From an uncultured Gemmiger sp. (GTDB lineage Bacteria > Bacillota > Clostridia > Oscillospirales > Ruminococcaceae), in assembly GCF_944388125.1 (NCBI RefSeq), contig NZ_CALXHO010000003.1: DNA of 64,000 nucleotides. One strand, 5' to 3'. Shown here one piece after another: positions 1-9,967 of this stretch; position 1 is the stretch's first letter, and each line of letters opens with the position of its first letter. The position numbers and the translations under genes were made by a program. The notes under the pieces are model-generated. The model made no database searches, was not told the origin of the DNA, and saw nothing but the letters and a program-made list of their open reading frames with translations.

Positions 1-1201
1 AAAGACCATGCCCTGCATCATCTTCATTGATGAGATCGATGCGGTGGGCCGCCAGCGCGGCACCGGCCTGGGCGGCGGCCACGATGAACGTGAGCAGACG
101 CTGAACCAGCTGCTGGTTGAGATGGACGGCTTTGATGCCAATGACGGCGTCATTGTCATGGCGGCCACCAACCGTGCGGATATCCTGGACAAGGCGTTGC
201 TCCGTCCCGGCCGTTTTGACCGTCAGGTCTATGTGGGCCTGCCCGATGTGAAGGGACGCGAGGATATTCTTCGGGTGCACACCAAGAACAAGCCCCTCGG
301 CCCCGATGTCAACCTCAAGACCATTGCCCAGTCCACGGCGGGCTTCTCCGGTGCGGATCTGGAAAACCTCGTCAACGAGGCGGCGCTCCTGGCTGCCCGC
401 AAAGGCAAGAAAGCCATCACCGAACCCGAGATCGAGGAGGCTTCCATCAAGGTGGTTGCCGGTCCGGAAAAGAAGAGCCGGGTTGTCACCGACAAGGAAA
501 AGCGCCTGACCGCCTACCATGAGGCCGGCCATGCCATTACCGGCTACTATTGCCCGACGCACGATCCCGTGCATCAGATCAGCATCATTCCCCGCGGCGC
601 GGCCGGCGGCTACACCATGTATCTGCCGGACAAGGAACCCAGCTATGTGACCCGCACTGCCATGTGCGAGGATATCGTCTGCCTGCTGGGCGGCCGTGTG
701 GCGGAGCAGCTGGTACTGGAGGATATCTCCACCGGCGCATCCAACGACCTGGAGCGTGCCACGGACCTGGCCCGCGCCATGGTTACCCGTTACGGCTTCT
801 CTGAGCGTCTTGGCCCCGTGGTTTACGGCAACGATCCCAATCAGACTTTCCTGGGACGTGATCTTGCCCAGGGCAAGGGATATTCGGAGACGATCGCTTC
901 CGAGATCGACAATGAGATCCGCGACATCATGGACGAGTCCTATGAGTCCGCCCGCCGGATCCTGTCCGATCATATGGATAAACTGCATGCAGTGGCACAG
1001 GTCCTGGTGCAGAAGGAAAAAATCTCCGGCGAGGACTTCCGTGCCCTAATGGAAGGCACCTATCAGCCCGAGGATGAGTCGGAAGCGGAGCCCGGGACGG
1101 AAACAGCCGAAGCGCCGCAGACAGAATCTGTAGGGCAGACGCCTGACGTTACGGCGCCGGAAGAGGCTACTCCCGCCCAGGACAATCCTGCACAGGAATA
1201 A
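1..1201 (+). CDS. ftsH: ATP-dependent zinc metalloprotease FtsH (5'-truncated by window edge)
   Basis: Walker [12 protein letters not shown] region [25 protein letters not shown] zinc motif, TGASNDL; acidic C-terminal tail. Confidence 0.98.
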   Translation, partial: KTMPCIIFIDEIDAVGRQRGTGLGGGHDEREQTLNQLLVEMDGFDANDGVIVMAATNRADILDKALLRPGRFDRQVYVGLPDVKGREDILRVHTKNKPLGPDVNLKTIAQSTAGFSGADLENLVNEAALLAARKGKKAITEPEIEEASIKVVAGPEKKSRVVTDKEKRLTAYHEAGHAITGYYCPTHDPVHQISIIPRGAAGGYTMYLPDKEPSYVTRTAMCEDIVCLLGGRVAEQLVLEDISTGASNDLERATDLARAMVTRYGFSERLGPVVYGNDPNQTFLGRDLAQGKGYSETIASEIDNEIRDIMDESYESARRILSDHMDKLHAVAQVLVQKEKISGEDFRALMEGTYQPEDESEAEPGTETAEAPQTESVGQTPDVTAPEEATPAQDNPAQE

Positions 1202-1276
1202 CGGAAGAAGGATGAAGCGGCGCAACCCTGGTTGCCGCTGCAAGGGACAGCAACAATTAAGCAAGGTGAGTGAAGC

Positions 1277-2347
1277 ATGGATCAGAATTTCTCTTTGATG
1301 GCCCAATCCCGTGCCAACTATTATACGGCGGGCAGTCCGGTGCAGTTCGTTCGCGTGGAACTGCTGAAAGGGGACGAGACGGGCGAGATCGCCGTCTGCC
1401 TGACCTTCAAGAATGTGGGAACCGAACCGCTGACCGGGCTTGTGATCCATTTCAAGTGTAAAGATGCGGCAGGCCAGGTCCTGTGCGAGGATGATTTCTA
1501 CTATGAGCAGCTGGATGCCCAGCCGGGGGATATGTTCGGCAGTGACGACGCTGTCTATGTCAGCGATACTCCGGTGTCCAGTGTGGAGATCGAGCAGGAC
1601 CGCGCCTTCCTCAATGGCCGCGGTGTTGACCTGCGGGGCTACAAGCGTGTGCGTTTGCAGACGCCGCGGATCCTGCCGGCATCCATTGCCAAAACATTGC
1701 AGCAGCGCACCGGTAACGATGCATTGATCTGCGTGCCCCAGGACATTGAGCAGGGCTGGTTCTGCGCCTGTGGGGCTTTCCATCCCAACGAGGAAAACAC
1801 CCAGGTTTGCAGCGAGTGCGGCGGAGACCGCGCCTACATCAAGGCTGCGCTGACCCATGTGCTGGAGGAAGCCCGCCAGGCGGCTGAACAGCAGCAGAGA
1901 GAGATCAACGCAGTAGCCAACTCTGACCCTCAGCAGGATGCAGCGGCAGCTACGGCCGCCGCCGCCCAGGCAGCCATTGCCGAGGAGCCCACGGCTCAGT
2001 TTGCGCCGCCCCAGGAAGAAAACAATCCTGAACTGGATCGCGTCCGCCGCTATGCCAACAAGGGAATCCTTTTGGATGAGGAAGAGGATGACGATGACGA
2101 GGACGGCACCCGGATGTTTGATGCCGAGGAAGCTTCCGGCGAGCTGGACTATGACGGCGATTACGACGAGGAGGATGAGGACGAGTATGACCGTCCCCGC
2201 CGCCGCGGCCGTTATGCTGACGACAGTGAGGAGAGCGCCGATGACGTCATGGCGGAGCGGATTATCCGCTGGGCACCGCCCATCACCGCGGTGATCTGCG
2301 CCCTGATCATTGCAGTAGCGGTCATTTACCGCTTCCTCATCGCCTGA
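1277..2347 (+). CDS. Hypothetical protein with zinc ribbon, acidic linker and C-terminal TM helix
   Basis: RBS AAGGTGAG; WFCACG...CSECG; D/E-rich tract; hydrophobic C-terminus ITAVICALIIAVAVIY. Confidence 0.85.
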   Translation: MDQNFSLMAQSRANYYTAGSPVQFVRVELLKGDETGEIAVCLTFKNVGTEPLTGLVIHFKCKDAAGQVLCEDDFYYEQLDAQPGDMFGSDDAVYVSDTPVSSVEIEQDRAFLNGRGVDLRGYKRVRLQTPRILPASIAKTLQQRTGNDALICVPQDIEQGWFCACGAFHPNEENTQVCSECGGDRAYIKAALTHVLEEARQAAEQQQREINAVANSDPQQDAAAATAAAAQAAIAEEPTAQFAPPQEENNPELDRVRRYANKGILLDEEEDDDDEDGTRMFDAEEASGELDYDGDYDEEDEDEYDRPRRRGRYADDSEESADDVMAERIIRWAPPITAVICALIIAVAVIYRFLIA

Positions 2348-2369
2348 CGCGGGACATAAAGTATACAAG

Positions 2370-2404
2370 AAAAAGGCACCGTCTGTTTTAGACGGTGCCT
2401 TTTC
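2370..2404. terminator. Bidirectional intrinsic terminator
   Basis: AAAAGGCACCGTCT-loop-AGACGGTGCCTTTT between convergent genes. Confidence 0.85.
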
Positions 2405-2518
2405 TATGCCCATTTCGTTTCTTTGCGTCAGAGTCAAAATACGGCTGCCCGGAAAATCATCCGGGCCACGGGAACCAATTAAGGCGTCAGTCCCTGGACT
2501 ACAAAGCAGCTGGCAAAC

Positions 2519-3508
2519 TCAGCCTTGCGAATTCACTTTCTCCGGCCCGGCTGCACACAGCTGCTCAAACTGGGTCAGGATACCGGGGCTATCCAGTTTG
2601 ATGACCCGCCCGGACAGATAGTGCAGCGTGTTTTCTTCCGGAATTTGTCCGAAGGTCAGCCGCTGTGCGCACAGCGCCTGGGTGCGCAGTCCGGTGCGCT
2701 CGTTCATCTTACGGTTGCCGTATTTGATGTCGCCCAGCACCGGGTGTCCCAGATAGGCCAGGTGGGCGCGGATCTGATGGGTACGGCCGGTGACCAGTCC
2801 GATGCGGCACAGGGCAAAAGGCCCGGATTGGCGGATCACCGTCACATCGGTGATGATCTGCTTGTAGCCCTCGCTTTCCCGGGCGTGGATGCGGACCTTG
2901 TTGTTTTTCTCACTGTGCTGCAGCCAGGCAATGTGACGGCCCTGGGGCGGAGCTCCCACCGTGATGGTCAGATATTCTTTCTTCATCCAGTTTTCCCGGA
3001 TAATCTCGTTCATGTCGCGCAGAGCGGCCTGAGACTTGGCGGCCAGGACAAGCCCCTCAGTGCCCCGGTCCAGGCGGTTGCAGATGGCAGGAGCAAAACG
3101 GTTTTCCGCCTTTGGGTCGTAGGTGCCCTGTGCGGTCAGCTGTGCGATGAAGGCGTCCACCAGGTTGGCGTCGCCTGTCCGGTCACTGTGGCACAGAAGG
3201 TGGGCGGGCTTGTACAGCGCAGCAATGTTGTCGTCCTCGTAGATTACCGTGACGGGAGGCTGACGGCGGGGAGCCGGTTTGGATCTGGCGGGGGAGACGG
3301 CGGGGAAAAACTCGTCGTTGATGTACAGCTCGATCACATCGCCCTGCTTGAGACGGGTGTCTGCCTCTCCGCGCTTTCCGTTGACCTTGATCCGTTTGTT
3401 GCGGAAACTTTTGTACAGGAGACTGCGGGGCATGCCTTTGGTGACGGACTCCACGAATCGTGACAGCCGCACGTCGTTTTCATTTGGACCGGCGACAAAT
3501 TGTTTCAT
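2519..3508 (-). CDS. RluA/RluC-family RNA pseudouridine synthase with S4 domain
   Basis: NRLDRGTEG catalytic Asp motif, TGRTHQIRAH, GDIKYG; start MKQF at 3508 with GAGG RBS. Confidence 0.93.
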   Translation of the reverse strand: MKQFVAGPNENDVRLSRFVESVTKGMPRSLLYKSFRNKRIKVNGKRGEADTRLKQGDVIELYINDEFFPAVSPARSKPAPRRQPPVTVIYEDDNIAALYKPAHLLCHSDRTGDANLVDAFIAQLTAQGTYDPKAENRFAPAICNRLDRGTEGLVLAAKSQAALRDMNEIIRENWMKKEYLTITVGAPPQGRHIAWLQHSEKNNKVRIHARESEGYKQIITDVTVIRQSGPFALCRIGLVTGRTHQIRAHLAYLGHPVLGDIKYGNRKMNERTGLRTQALCAQRLTFGQIPEENTLHYLSGRVIKLDSPGILTQFEQLCAAGPEKVNSQG

Positions 3509-3612
3509 AAAATGGACCTCTGACTTTTCATTTATTTGGGTTACGTGTATAATAAGGGGGTAGGACGGTGCAGTTTTGCCCGGAACAAAACAAAGGATAG
3601 GGACGATGCAAC

Positions 3613-4341
3613 ATGGCACAAGCCAAAAAACCAAAGCCGCTGCATGAGGCACATCGGGCCCGGATGCAGGAGCGGGTGAAGCGCGATGGCCTAGAAAGCC
3701 TGGCGGAGCATGAGGCGCTGGAATATCTTTTGTTTTTTGCCATTCCGCGGCAGAATACCAATCCGTTGGCACATCGGCTCATCCAGCATTTCGGCAGTTT
3801 CTGCCGGGTTCTGGAAGCAGGTGAGGAGGAGCTTCGGGAAGTGGAGGGCATCGGCCCGTCCAGTGCCCGGATGATCCATTCGGTGCTGGAGTTCGCACGG
3901 TATTACACCATGCACAAGCGGGTCCGCCGGGTCGGGCTCAACAGTACGGAACGGGTTCTGGAATATGTTCGTCCGCTGTTCATGGGGCTGCAGCATGAAG
4001 TCCTGTACCTCATTGCCATGGATGACAATTATACGCCGCTGCGGGATATCCGCATCGGGGAAGGCTTGCCCAACAAGCTGACCTTTGACATCAACAAGCT
4101 GGCACGGACTGCCGTCTCCACCGGCTGTACCTGTGGTGTGCTGGCCCATAACCATCCCTCGGGACTGGCGGTTCCGTCAGAAGAAGATTTCGCCGCCACG
4201 GTGCAGATTTCCAAAACCTTGGGAATGCTGGGCATTGATCTTCTCGACCATCTTATTATAACCGCAGATGACGCCGCGTCAATGCGTGACAGCGGCAGAA
4301 TGCCGCATTTTGATCCCTATAACCAGCAGGTTTATTATTGA
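3613..4341 (+). CDS. radC: RadC/JAB-domain protein
   Basis: HRARM..R N-terminus, HhH VEGIG, AHNHPSG...PSEED, LLDHLII. Confidence 0.92.
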   Translation: MAQAKKPKPLHEAHRARMQERVKRDGLESLAEHEALEYLLFFAIPRQNTNPLAHRLIQHFGSFCRVLEAGEEELREVEGIGPSSARMIHSVLEFARYYTMHKRVRRVGLNSTERVLEYVRPLFMGLQHEVLYLIAMDDNYTPLRDIRIGEGLPNKLTFDINKLARTAVSTGCTCGVLAHNHPSGLAVPSEEDFAATVQISKTLGMLGIDLLDHLIITADDAASMRDSGRMPHFDPYNQQVYY

Positions 4342-4361
4342 GCACCCGGGTCTGCCGGGAC

Positions 4362-4404
4362 AAAACAAGCGCCGCCGGCAGTTTCCCGCCGGCGGCGCTT
4401 TGTT
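4362..4404. terminator. Bidirectional terminator between radC and hpf
   Basis: AAGCGCCGCCGGC...GCCGGCGGCGCTT inverted repeat with A/T flanks. Confidence 0.8.
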
Positions 4405-4425
4405 ACATTTCAGCTGAAATCCGGA

Positions 4426-4944
4426 TCAGTTCTCCGGAATCAGGACGCCATATCCACCGTCTGCACGGCGGTAGACGGCCTGGATGCAGTCGTTTTCGAT
4501 GCTGCGGTAAAGGAAGAAGCTATGCCCCAGCAGATTCATCTGCAGGATGGCCTCCTCGGTGCTACAGGGCTTGACGGCAAAGTGCTTTTCCCGGATGACC
4601 TCGTAGCTTTCTTCCGGCTCAGCCGGAACAGCGGGGATTTCGGCAGCGGCGCTGGTCAGTTTGTCACCCAGACGCTTACGGTATTTGACCACACGGCGCA
4701 TCAGCAGATCGAAAGCATCGTTGAAGGCATCCTCCATCCGCTCGGATGCCTTTTCGGCGCGGAGCGTCAGCCCGGTGCTGCGTACGGTGATCTCCACGGT
4801 CTGACGGGATTTCTCCACATTGACCGTCACCTGGGCCTGTGCCTCATTGGGGAAGAATTTATCCAGCTTGGCGAGCTTTGCCTCCGCTTTCTCTATAAAA
4901 CTGGGCTTCAGCGAAACCCTGCGACCGGTGCATGTAACCTTCAT
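4426..4944 (-). CDS. hpf: Ribosome hibernation promoting factor (long HPF/RaiA)
   Basis: KLAKLDKFF, VEITV, C-terminal EEAILQMNLLGHSFF..VYRR.DGGYG; AAGGAGG RBS. Confidence 0.95.
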   Translation of the reverse strand: MKVTCTGRRVSLKPSFIEKAEAKLAKLDKFFPNEAQAQVTVNVEKSRQTVEITVRSTGLTLRAEKASERMEDAFNDAFDLLMRRVVKYRKRLGDKLTSAAAEIPAVPAEPEESYEVIREKHFAVKPCSTEEAILQMNLLGHSFFLYRSIENDCIQAVYRRADGGYGVLIPEN

Positions 4945-5171
4945 AGAACCTTGCCTCCTTGGCCGGGACGCACAGGCACAGCGGCGTGCACATCCCGCGA
5001 TATATTCGCAGCCGTTCCGGATATGCAGTGCCGTGGCCTCAAAACATTTGCGGAGAAAATCCCCGGCACAACAGAAAGGTCTGGCTGTTACTATCATTAT
5101 ATCAGGGTTTGGAAGGATTGAAAAGCTTCCTGATATGAAAAAAGCGGAGGGCTTTTTGGCGGATTTTTCTC

Positions 5172-5200
5172 TTGACATTTGCAGGGGTTTGCGGTATAGT
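5172..5200 (+). promoter_or_regulatory. sigmaA promoter of tRNA-Ala
   Basis: TTGACA-17nt-TATAGT. Confidence 0.8.
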
Positions 5201-5226
5201 AATCAAGTCGCCAATATAACTGATAT

Positions 5227-5302
5227 GGGCCTGTAGCTCAGTTGGGAGAGCGTTCGGTTCGCATCCGAGAGGTCAAGGGTTCGAATCCCTCCAGGTCCAC
5301 CA
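5227..5302 (+). tRNA. tRNA-Ala(CGC)
   Basis: Cloverleaf GGGCCTG...CAGGTCC-A-CCA, G3:U70 Ala determinant, anticodon loop TT-CGC-AT, GGTTCGAATCC. Confidence 0.96.
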
Positions 5303-5304
5303 GT

Positions 5305-5339
5305 ATGGAGCAAGCAGTGATTGCTTGCTCCATTTTTTT
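5305..5339 (+). terminator. Intrinsic terminator after tRNA-Ala
   Basis: ATGGAGCAAGCA-loop-TGCTTGCTCCAT followed by T run. Confidence 0.9.
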
Positions 5340-5417
5340 GTCACTGGCTGTCGGTATTCCACAGAAAACCACGCACAGGCAGGGGAATTTTCTGGATGTG
5401 CTTCCCGGGGGGCTCCC

Positions 5418-5446
5418 TTGAAAAAGACCGGCAAAGATAGTAAAAT
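5418..5446 (+). promoter_or_regulatory. sigmaA promoter of yicC operon
   Basis: TTGAAA-17nt-TAAAAT. Confidence 0.65.
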
Positions 5447-5505
5447 GAAATACATCTATATAATGTCGCACTGTGACTTTCCAAGGCCAGAATGAGGTGT
5501 TTGAT

Positions 5506-6384
5506 ATGATTCTTAGCATGACGGGATACGGCAGAGCACGCCAGACGCTGGGCGGCCGTGATATTACGGTGGAGCTGCGCAGCGTCAACTCGCGCTTTTT
5601 GGAGTATTCCTCGCGCATTCCCCGGGCGTTTTCCTTTCTGGAAGACCCGCTGAAAAAACTGGTGGCCGCCCGGGTCAGCCGCGGCAAGGTGGAACTGTCC
5701 CTGACGGTGCAGAGCGTGGAGGCTGCCGATACGGTGGTCTCGGTCAACTGGACGCTGGCCAAGGGCTACCATGACGCCCTGGTCCACCTGTCCGAGCAGC
5801 TGGAGCTCAAAAACGATATGACCACGGGTATGATTGCCCGATTCCCCGATGTGCTGACCCAGACTGCAGCCCCCCTGGATGAGGATGCTCTGTGGGAGGA
5901 TGTCCGCACGGTGGCAGAGCAGGCGGTGGATGCTTTCCTGACCATGCGCGCCACAGAGGGCGAAAAGATGCGGGAAGATCTGTTGAGCCGTCTGGATACG
6001 GTGGAGACCCTGGTCGCCGGGATTGAGGCAAACAGCGCCGGCCGGGTCCAGGCCTACACGGATAAACTGTATACCCGCCTTAAGGAACTGCTGGATGACC
6101 GCAATATTGATGAGTCCCGCATTCTCACCGAGGCAGCCATCTTTGCGGACAAGACCGCTGTGGATGAGGAGACCGTCCGCCTGCGCAGTCATGTGTCCCA
6201 GTACCGTGCCATTCTGGCAGGGGACGGCCCGGTGGGCCGCAAACTGGACTTCCTGACGCAGGAACTCAACCGTGAAGCCAATACCATCGGTTCCAAGTGC
6301 CAGGATCTGGACATCACCCGCCTGGTGGTGGAGCTCAAAGCCGAGATCGAGAAGATCCGCGAGCAGCTGCAGAATCTGGAGTAA
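5506..6384 (+). CDS. yicC: YicC/YloC family endoribonuclease
   Basis: SMTGYGR, ELRSVNSRF, GRKLDFLTQELNREANTIGSK, EKIREQ.QN.E. Confidence 0.96.
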   Translation: MILSMTGYGRARQTLGGRDITVELRSVNSRFLEYSSRIPRAFSFLEDPLKKLVAARVSRGKVELSLTVQSVEAADTVVSVNWTLAKGYHDALVHLSEQLELKNDMTTGMIARFPDVLTQTAAPLDEDALWEDVRTVAEQAVDAFLTMRATEGEKMREDLLSRLDTVETLVAGIEANSAGRVQAYTDKLYTRLKELLDDRNIDESRILTEAAIFADKTAVDEETVRLRSHVSQYRAILAGDGPVGRKLDFLTQELNREANTIGSKCQDLDITRLVVELKAEIEKIREQLQNLE

Positions 6385-6414
6385 GCAGCCCACATCCGAA
6401 AGGCGGAACAATCT

Positions 6415-6678
6415 ATGAAGCTCATCAACATTGGATTCGGCAACATGGTCAATGCGGACCGTCTCATCGCCATTGTCGCGCCCGAGTCGGCCCCCATCAA
6501 GCGTATCGTGCAGGACGCGCGGGACAAGGGCGCCCTCATCGACGCGACCTACGGCCGGCGGACCCGTGCCGTACTTATCACCGACTCCGACCATGTCATT
6601 CTCTCGGCCATCCAGCCCGAGACGGTGGCAGGTCGTTTTGACGGAAATACACAACCTGCCCCGGAAGAGCAGGACTGA
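6415..6678 (+). CDS. remA: RemA/DUF370 family regulator
   Basis: LINIGFGN..., [21 protein letters not shown]; conserved yloC-remA-gmk synteny. Confidence 0.95.
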   Translation: MKLINIGFGNMVNADRLIAIVAPESAPIKRIVQDARDKGALIDATYGRRTRAVLITDSDHVILSAIQPETVAGRFDGNTQPAPEEQD

Positions 6679-6707
6679 CTTCCGGCCCGGGCAAAACTGG
6701 TATCATA

Positions 6708-7304
6708 ATGGGAAAGGATAAGGATGTTATGCAGGGAGAAAAGTATTTGTTTGTCGTTTCGGGCCCCTCGGGAACGGGCAAGGACACCATCGTGGCGCGG
6801 CTTCTTGAAAAGCACCCTGAGATCAGCCGGACCATCTCGGCCACCACTCGCCCCATGCGCGAGGGAGAAAAGGATGGAGTGAATTACTACTTTGTCACCC
6901 GTGAGGAATTCGAGAACAAGATCGCCCACGATGAAATCGTGGAGCACACCTGCTACTGCGACAATTATTACGGCACACTGCGCTCGGAAGTGGAGCGCCA
7001 TATGCGCGACAAGACCCCTGTGATCCTGGTCATCGAGGTGGAAGGCGCAGGAAACATCAAGCGGATGTATCCCGGAGCGACCACCATCTTTGTCCTTCCT
7101 CCCGACATGGAGGAGCTGGAACGCCGCCTGCGCAGCCGTGGCACCGAGAACGAGGAGACCATCCAGAAACGCCTCAAGCGTGCCCAGACCGAGATTGCCA
7201 ACTCGGTGGAGTATGATGAGCACGTGGTCAATGTGGAGGTGGACTCCTGCGCGGAGAGCCTCTACTCCATCATTCAGTTCCACATCACCCACGGCAAGGA
7301 ATAA
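6708..7304 (+). CDS. gmk: Guanylate kinase (start may be ATG 6729)
   Basis: SGPSGTGKDT P-loop, SATTRPMREGEKDGVNYYF, YYGT. Confidence 0.96.
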   Translation: MGKDKDVMQGEKYLFVVSGPSGTGKDTIVARLLEKHPEISRTISATTRPMREGEKDGVNYYFVTREEFENKIAHDEIVEHTCYCDNYYGTLRSEVERHMRDKTPVILVIEVEGAGNIKRMYPGATTIFVLPPDMEELERRLRSRGTENEETIQKRLKRAQTEIANSVEYDEHVVNVEVDSCAESLYSIIQFHITHGKE

Positions 7305-7360
7305 TCCCTCGCCGGACCTTTGCCTGAAAGGGGGCGGCGCGTCTGCCGCGGATTGCAAAA

Positions 7361-9601
7361 GTGGCGGTCAGCGATGCCACCATCCATTTCGACAAGCTGT
7401 ATTCCTATCTGGTACCGCCGGAACTGGCAGAGCGCATCTGGCCGGGCAGTATGGTGCTTGTCCCGTTCGGCGCGGGCAGCAAGCCCCGCATGGCTGTGGT
7501 GCTGGAATGCGGGGAAGAGCTCCAGCCTGACCCACGGCTCAAAACCATTCTTGACGCCGCACCGGAGGAAGCCCGCCTCACCCCGGATCTGATCGATCTG
7601 GTCCATTTCCTGAAGGACCGGACCTTCTGTACCTGGTTTGAGGCGGTCAAGGCGATGATCCCCTACGGTGCCCAGTATCAGCCCGCCAGAAAGGACGGGC
7701 GCTGGGTCATGCAGAGCCGGCTTTCCCGTACGGCGGAGCCGGTTTACACTCTGGCGGGGGAGCTCCCCCAAAAGCCGAAGCCCGGTCCCAAACAGGCTGC
7801 GGCGGTGGAGGCCTTGCGAAACGGCCCCCTCAGCCGCAAGGAGCTGGCGGAACAGGGAATTTCCGATGCGACGCTCAAAACTCTTTGCGAAAAAGGCGTT
7901 CTGTCGGTGGAACAGCGGGATAAACTGCTGGATCTGTTTGCGTCCATCCCCTTTGATCCCAGGCCGCTGGAACTTTCCCCGGAGCAGCAGACGGCCTATG
8001 ACGCTCTGGAGCCCGCTCTGGAGGCCCGTCAGCCCTGTGGCGCGCTGCTGTACGGCGTGACCGGCAGCGGTAAGACGGCGGTGTTCCTCAAACTGATCGA
8101 GCGCACCCTGGAGCTGGGCCGCAAGGCGCTGGTCCTGGTGCCGGAGATCAGCCTGACCCCGCAGATGATCCGCCGCCTCAAGCAGATGTTCGGCAGCCGC
8201 CTTGCGGTGCAGCACTCGGCCCTCAATAATACCGAGCGGCTGTTGCAGTGGCGGATGATCCAGTCCGGGCGGGCGGATATTGTGGTGGGGACCCGCAGTG
8301 CGGTGTTTGCCCCTTTGCAGGATATCGGCCTCATCATCATTGACGAGGAGCAGGAACACACCTATCAGAGCGAATCGGCCCCGCGCTACTCCGCCCACGA
8401 TGTGGCCAAAAAGCGCGCAGCCGCCGAGGGTTCCCTGCTGGTCTTTGCCTCAGCCACCCCGTGCACCGAGACTTATCATGCGGCTCAGTCGGGGCGTCTC
8501 CGGTTTGTCACACTGACCCAGCGGTACGGCGGCCGTCCGCTGCCCACCGTGGATTTCATTGATATGCGGGCAGAGCTTGCCGCGGGCAATCCCCGGGAGG
8601 TCAGCGGACGCCTGGTGCAGGAACTCAAAAGCAACCTGCAAAACGGGGAACAGAGCATCCTGCTCCTCAACCGGCGGGGCTACCGGACGGTGGGCATGTG
8701 CTCGGTCTGCGGGCATGTGATCAAATGCCCCAACTGCAGCGTACCCATGGTGTACCACAAGCCGCAGCAGGCGCTGATGTGCCATCACTGCGGGCATCAG
8801 ATCCATCCGGTGCCCCAGCGCTGCCCCGAGTGCGGGGGCAAGCTCAATTACAGCGGTTTCGGCACCCAGCGGGTGGAGGAGGAGCTGGAACAGCTTTTGC
8901 CGGGCGCCCGCATCCTGCGCATGGACCAGGACTCCACAGGCCAGAAAAACTCCCACGAGAAGATGCTGGCCGAGTTTGCAGCCGGTCAGCATGATATCCT
9001 GCTGGGAACCCAGATGGTGGCCAAGGGCCTGGACTTTGAAAAGGTCACTCTTGTGGGGGTGCTGGGCATTGATTCCATGCTGTTCGGCCAGGGATTCCGG
9101 GCCTTTGAAAATGTGTTCAGCCTGGTGACCCAGGTCATCGGCCGGGGCGGCCGTGCCGATCTGCCCGGGCGGGCGCTGATCCAGACCGTCGTGCCGGAAC
9201 ATCCGGTGCTCAAACTGGCAGCGGCCCAGGATTATCCTGCCTTTTACCGGCAGGAGATCGCTTTCCGCAAGTTCAGCCTGTATCCGCCGTTCTGCGCCTT
9301 TTGTGTGGTGGGCTTTACCGGCAAGCAGGAGGGAGCCGTCTGTCAGGCGGCCTTTGCCTTTGCCCGGATTCTTGCCGACCTTGCCGCCCGGCAGCCGGAC
9401 ATTCCTCTGCGCCTGCTGGGCCCCGCCCCCATGAATATCGGCATGCTCAATGGAAAGTACCGATACAAACTCACCATCAAATGCCGCAACGATGCCACTT
9501 TCCGAGGATTGATGCGTGCAGCACTGGATGCCTACGCCAAACAGAAACTGCCCGCCAAGGCCACCATCGCCCTGGACTTCAATTCCGACGGTGATATGTG
9601 A
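7361..9601 (+). CDS. priA: Primosomal protein N' (true start possibly CTG at 7343)
   Basis: GVTGSGKT, DEEQE, Cys clusters CSVC/CPNC/CHHC/CPEC, GTQMVAKGLDF. Confidence 0.96.
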   Translation: MAVSDATIHFDKLYSYLVPPELAERIWPGSMVLVPFGAGSKPRMAVVLECGEELQPDPRLKTILDAAPEEARLTPDLIDLVHFLKDRTFCTWFEAVKAMIPYGAQYQPARKDGRWVMQSRLSRTAEPVYTLAGELPQKPKPGPKQAAAVEALRNGPLSRKELAEQGISDATLKTLCEKGVLSVEQRDKLLDLFASIPFDPRPLELSPEQQTAYDALEPALEARQPCGALLYGVTGSGKTAVFLKLIERTLELGRKALVLVPEISLTPQMIRRLKQMFGSRLAVQHSALNNTERLLQWRMIQSGRADIVVGTRSAVFAPLQDIGLIIIDEEQEHTYQSESAPRYSAHDVAKKRAAAEGSLLVFASATPCTETYHAAQSGRLRFVTLTQRYGGRPLPTVDFIDMRAELAAGNPREVSGRLVQELKSNLQNGEQSILLLNRRGYRTVGMCSVCGHVIKCPNCSVPMVYHKPQQALMCHHCGHQIHPVPQRCPECGGKLNYSGFGTQRVEEELEQLLPGARILRMDQDSTGQKNSHEKMLAEFAAGQHDILLGTQMVAKGLDFEKVTLVGVLGIDSMLFGQGFRAFENVFSLVTQVIGRGGRADLPGRALIQTVVPEHPVLKLAAAQDYPAFYRQEIAFRKFSLYPPFCAFCVVGFTGKQEGAVCQAAFAFARILADLAARQPDIPLRLLGPAPMNIGMLNGKYRYKLTIKCRNDATFRGLMRAALDAYAKQKLPAKATIALDFNSDGDM

Positions 9602-9628
9602 CCGATGCCACAAAAAAGGAGGTCGCCC

Positions 9629-9910
9629 ATGTTTCGTATCCTGCGCTTTCTTTCGGCCATCCTGCTGGTCGGATCGGTATTTGTCACAACGGACCTGGCC
9701 ATCAACCTGGCGGGAGCGCTGGTGCCGGAACTGCAGGTGGACGGGATTCCTTTTTCCAGCGTTCTGCAGTTCTGGTTCGGCCTTTGGGAAGGCCATCTCG
9801 TGACCCGGGTGGACTTCTTTCACGCGTTTGCCACGTCTGCCTGGATCAGCTTTGCCTTGCTTGCCTGGAACACGGTGCTTGCCGTGGTTTCCTGGTTTCA
9901 TACAAAATAA
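9629..9910 (+). CDS. Small membrane protein, unknown function
   Basis: AGGAGG RBS, 93 aa with hydrophobic segments, fills the priA-def gap. Confidence 0.7.
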   Translation: MFRILRFLSAILLVGSVFVTTDLAINLAGALVPELQVDGIPFSSVLQFWFGLWEGHLVTRVDFFHAFATSAWISFALLAWNTVLAVVSWFHTK

Positions 9911-9967
9911 TTTCCCGGCAATGATTTCCGTGGCCGGGACCCACATGCATATTGGAGGTATTCACTT

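Noticed and set aside
3613-4341. radC as a marker of a mobile element
   Set aside because: Full-length HhH+JAB chromosomal type among housekeeping genes
5238-5762. ORFs overlapping tRNA-Ala (and 47453-47674 over tRNA-Leu)
   Set aside because: Spurious translations of tRNA or antisense sequence
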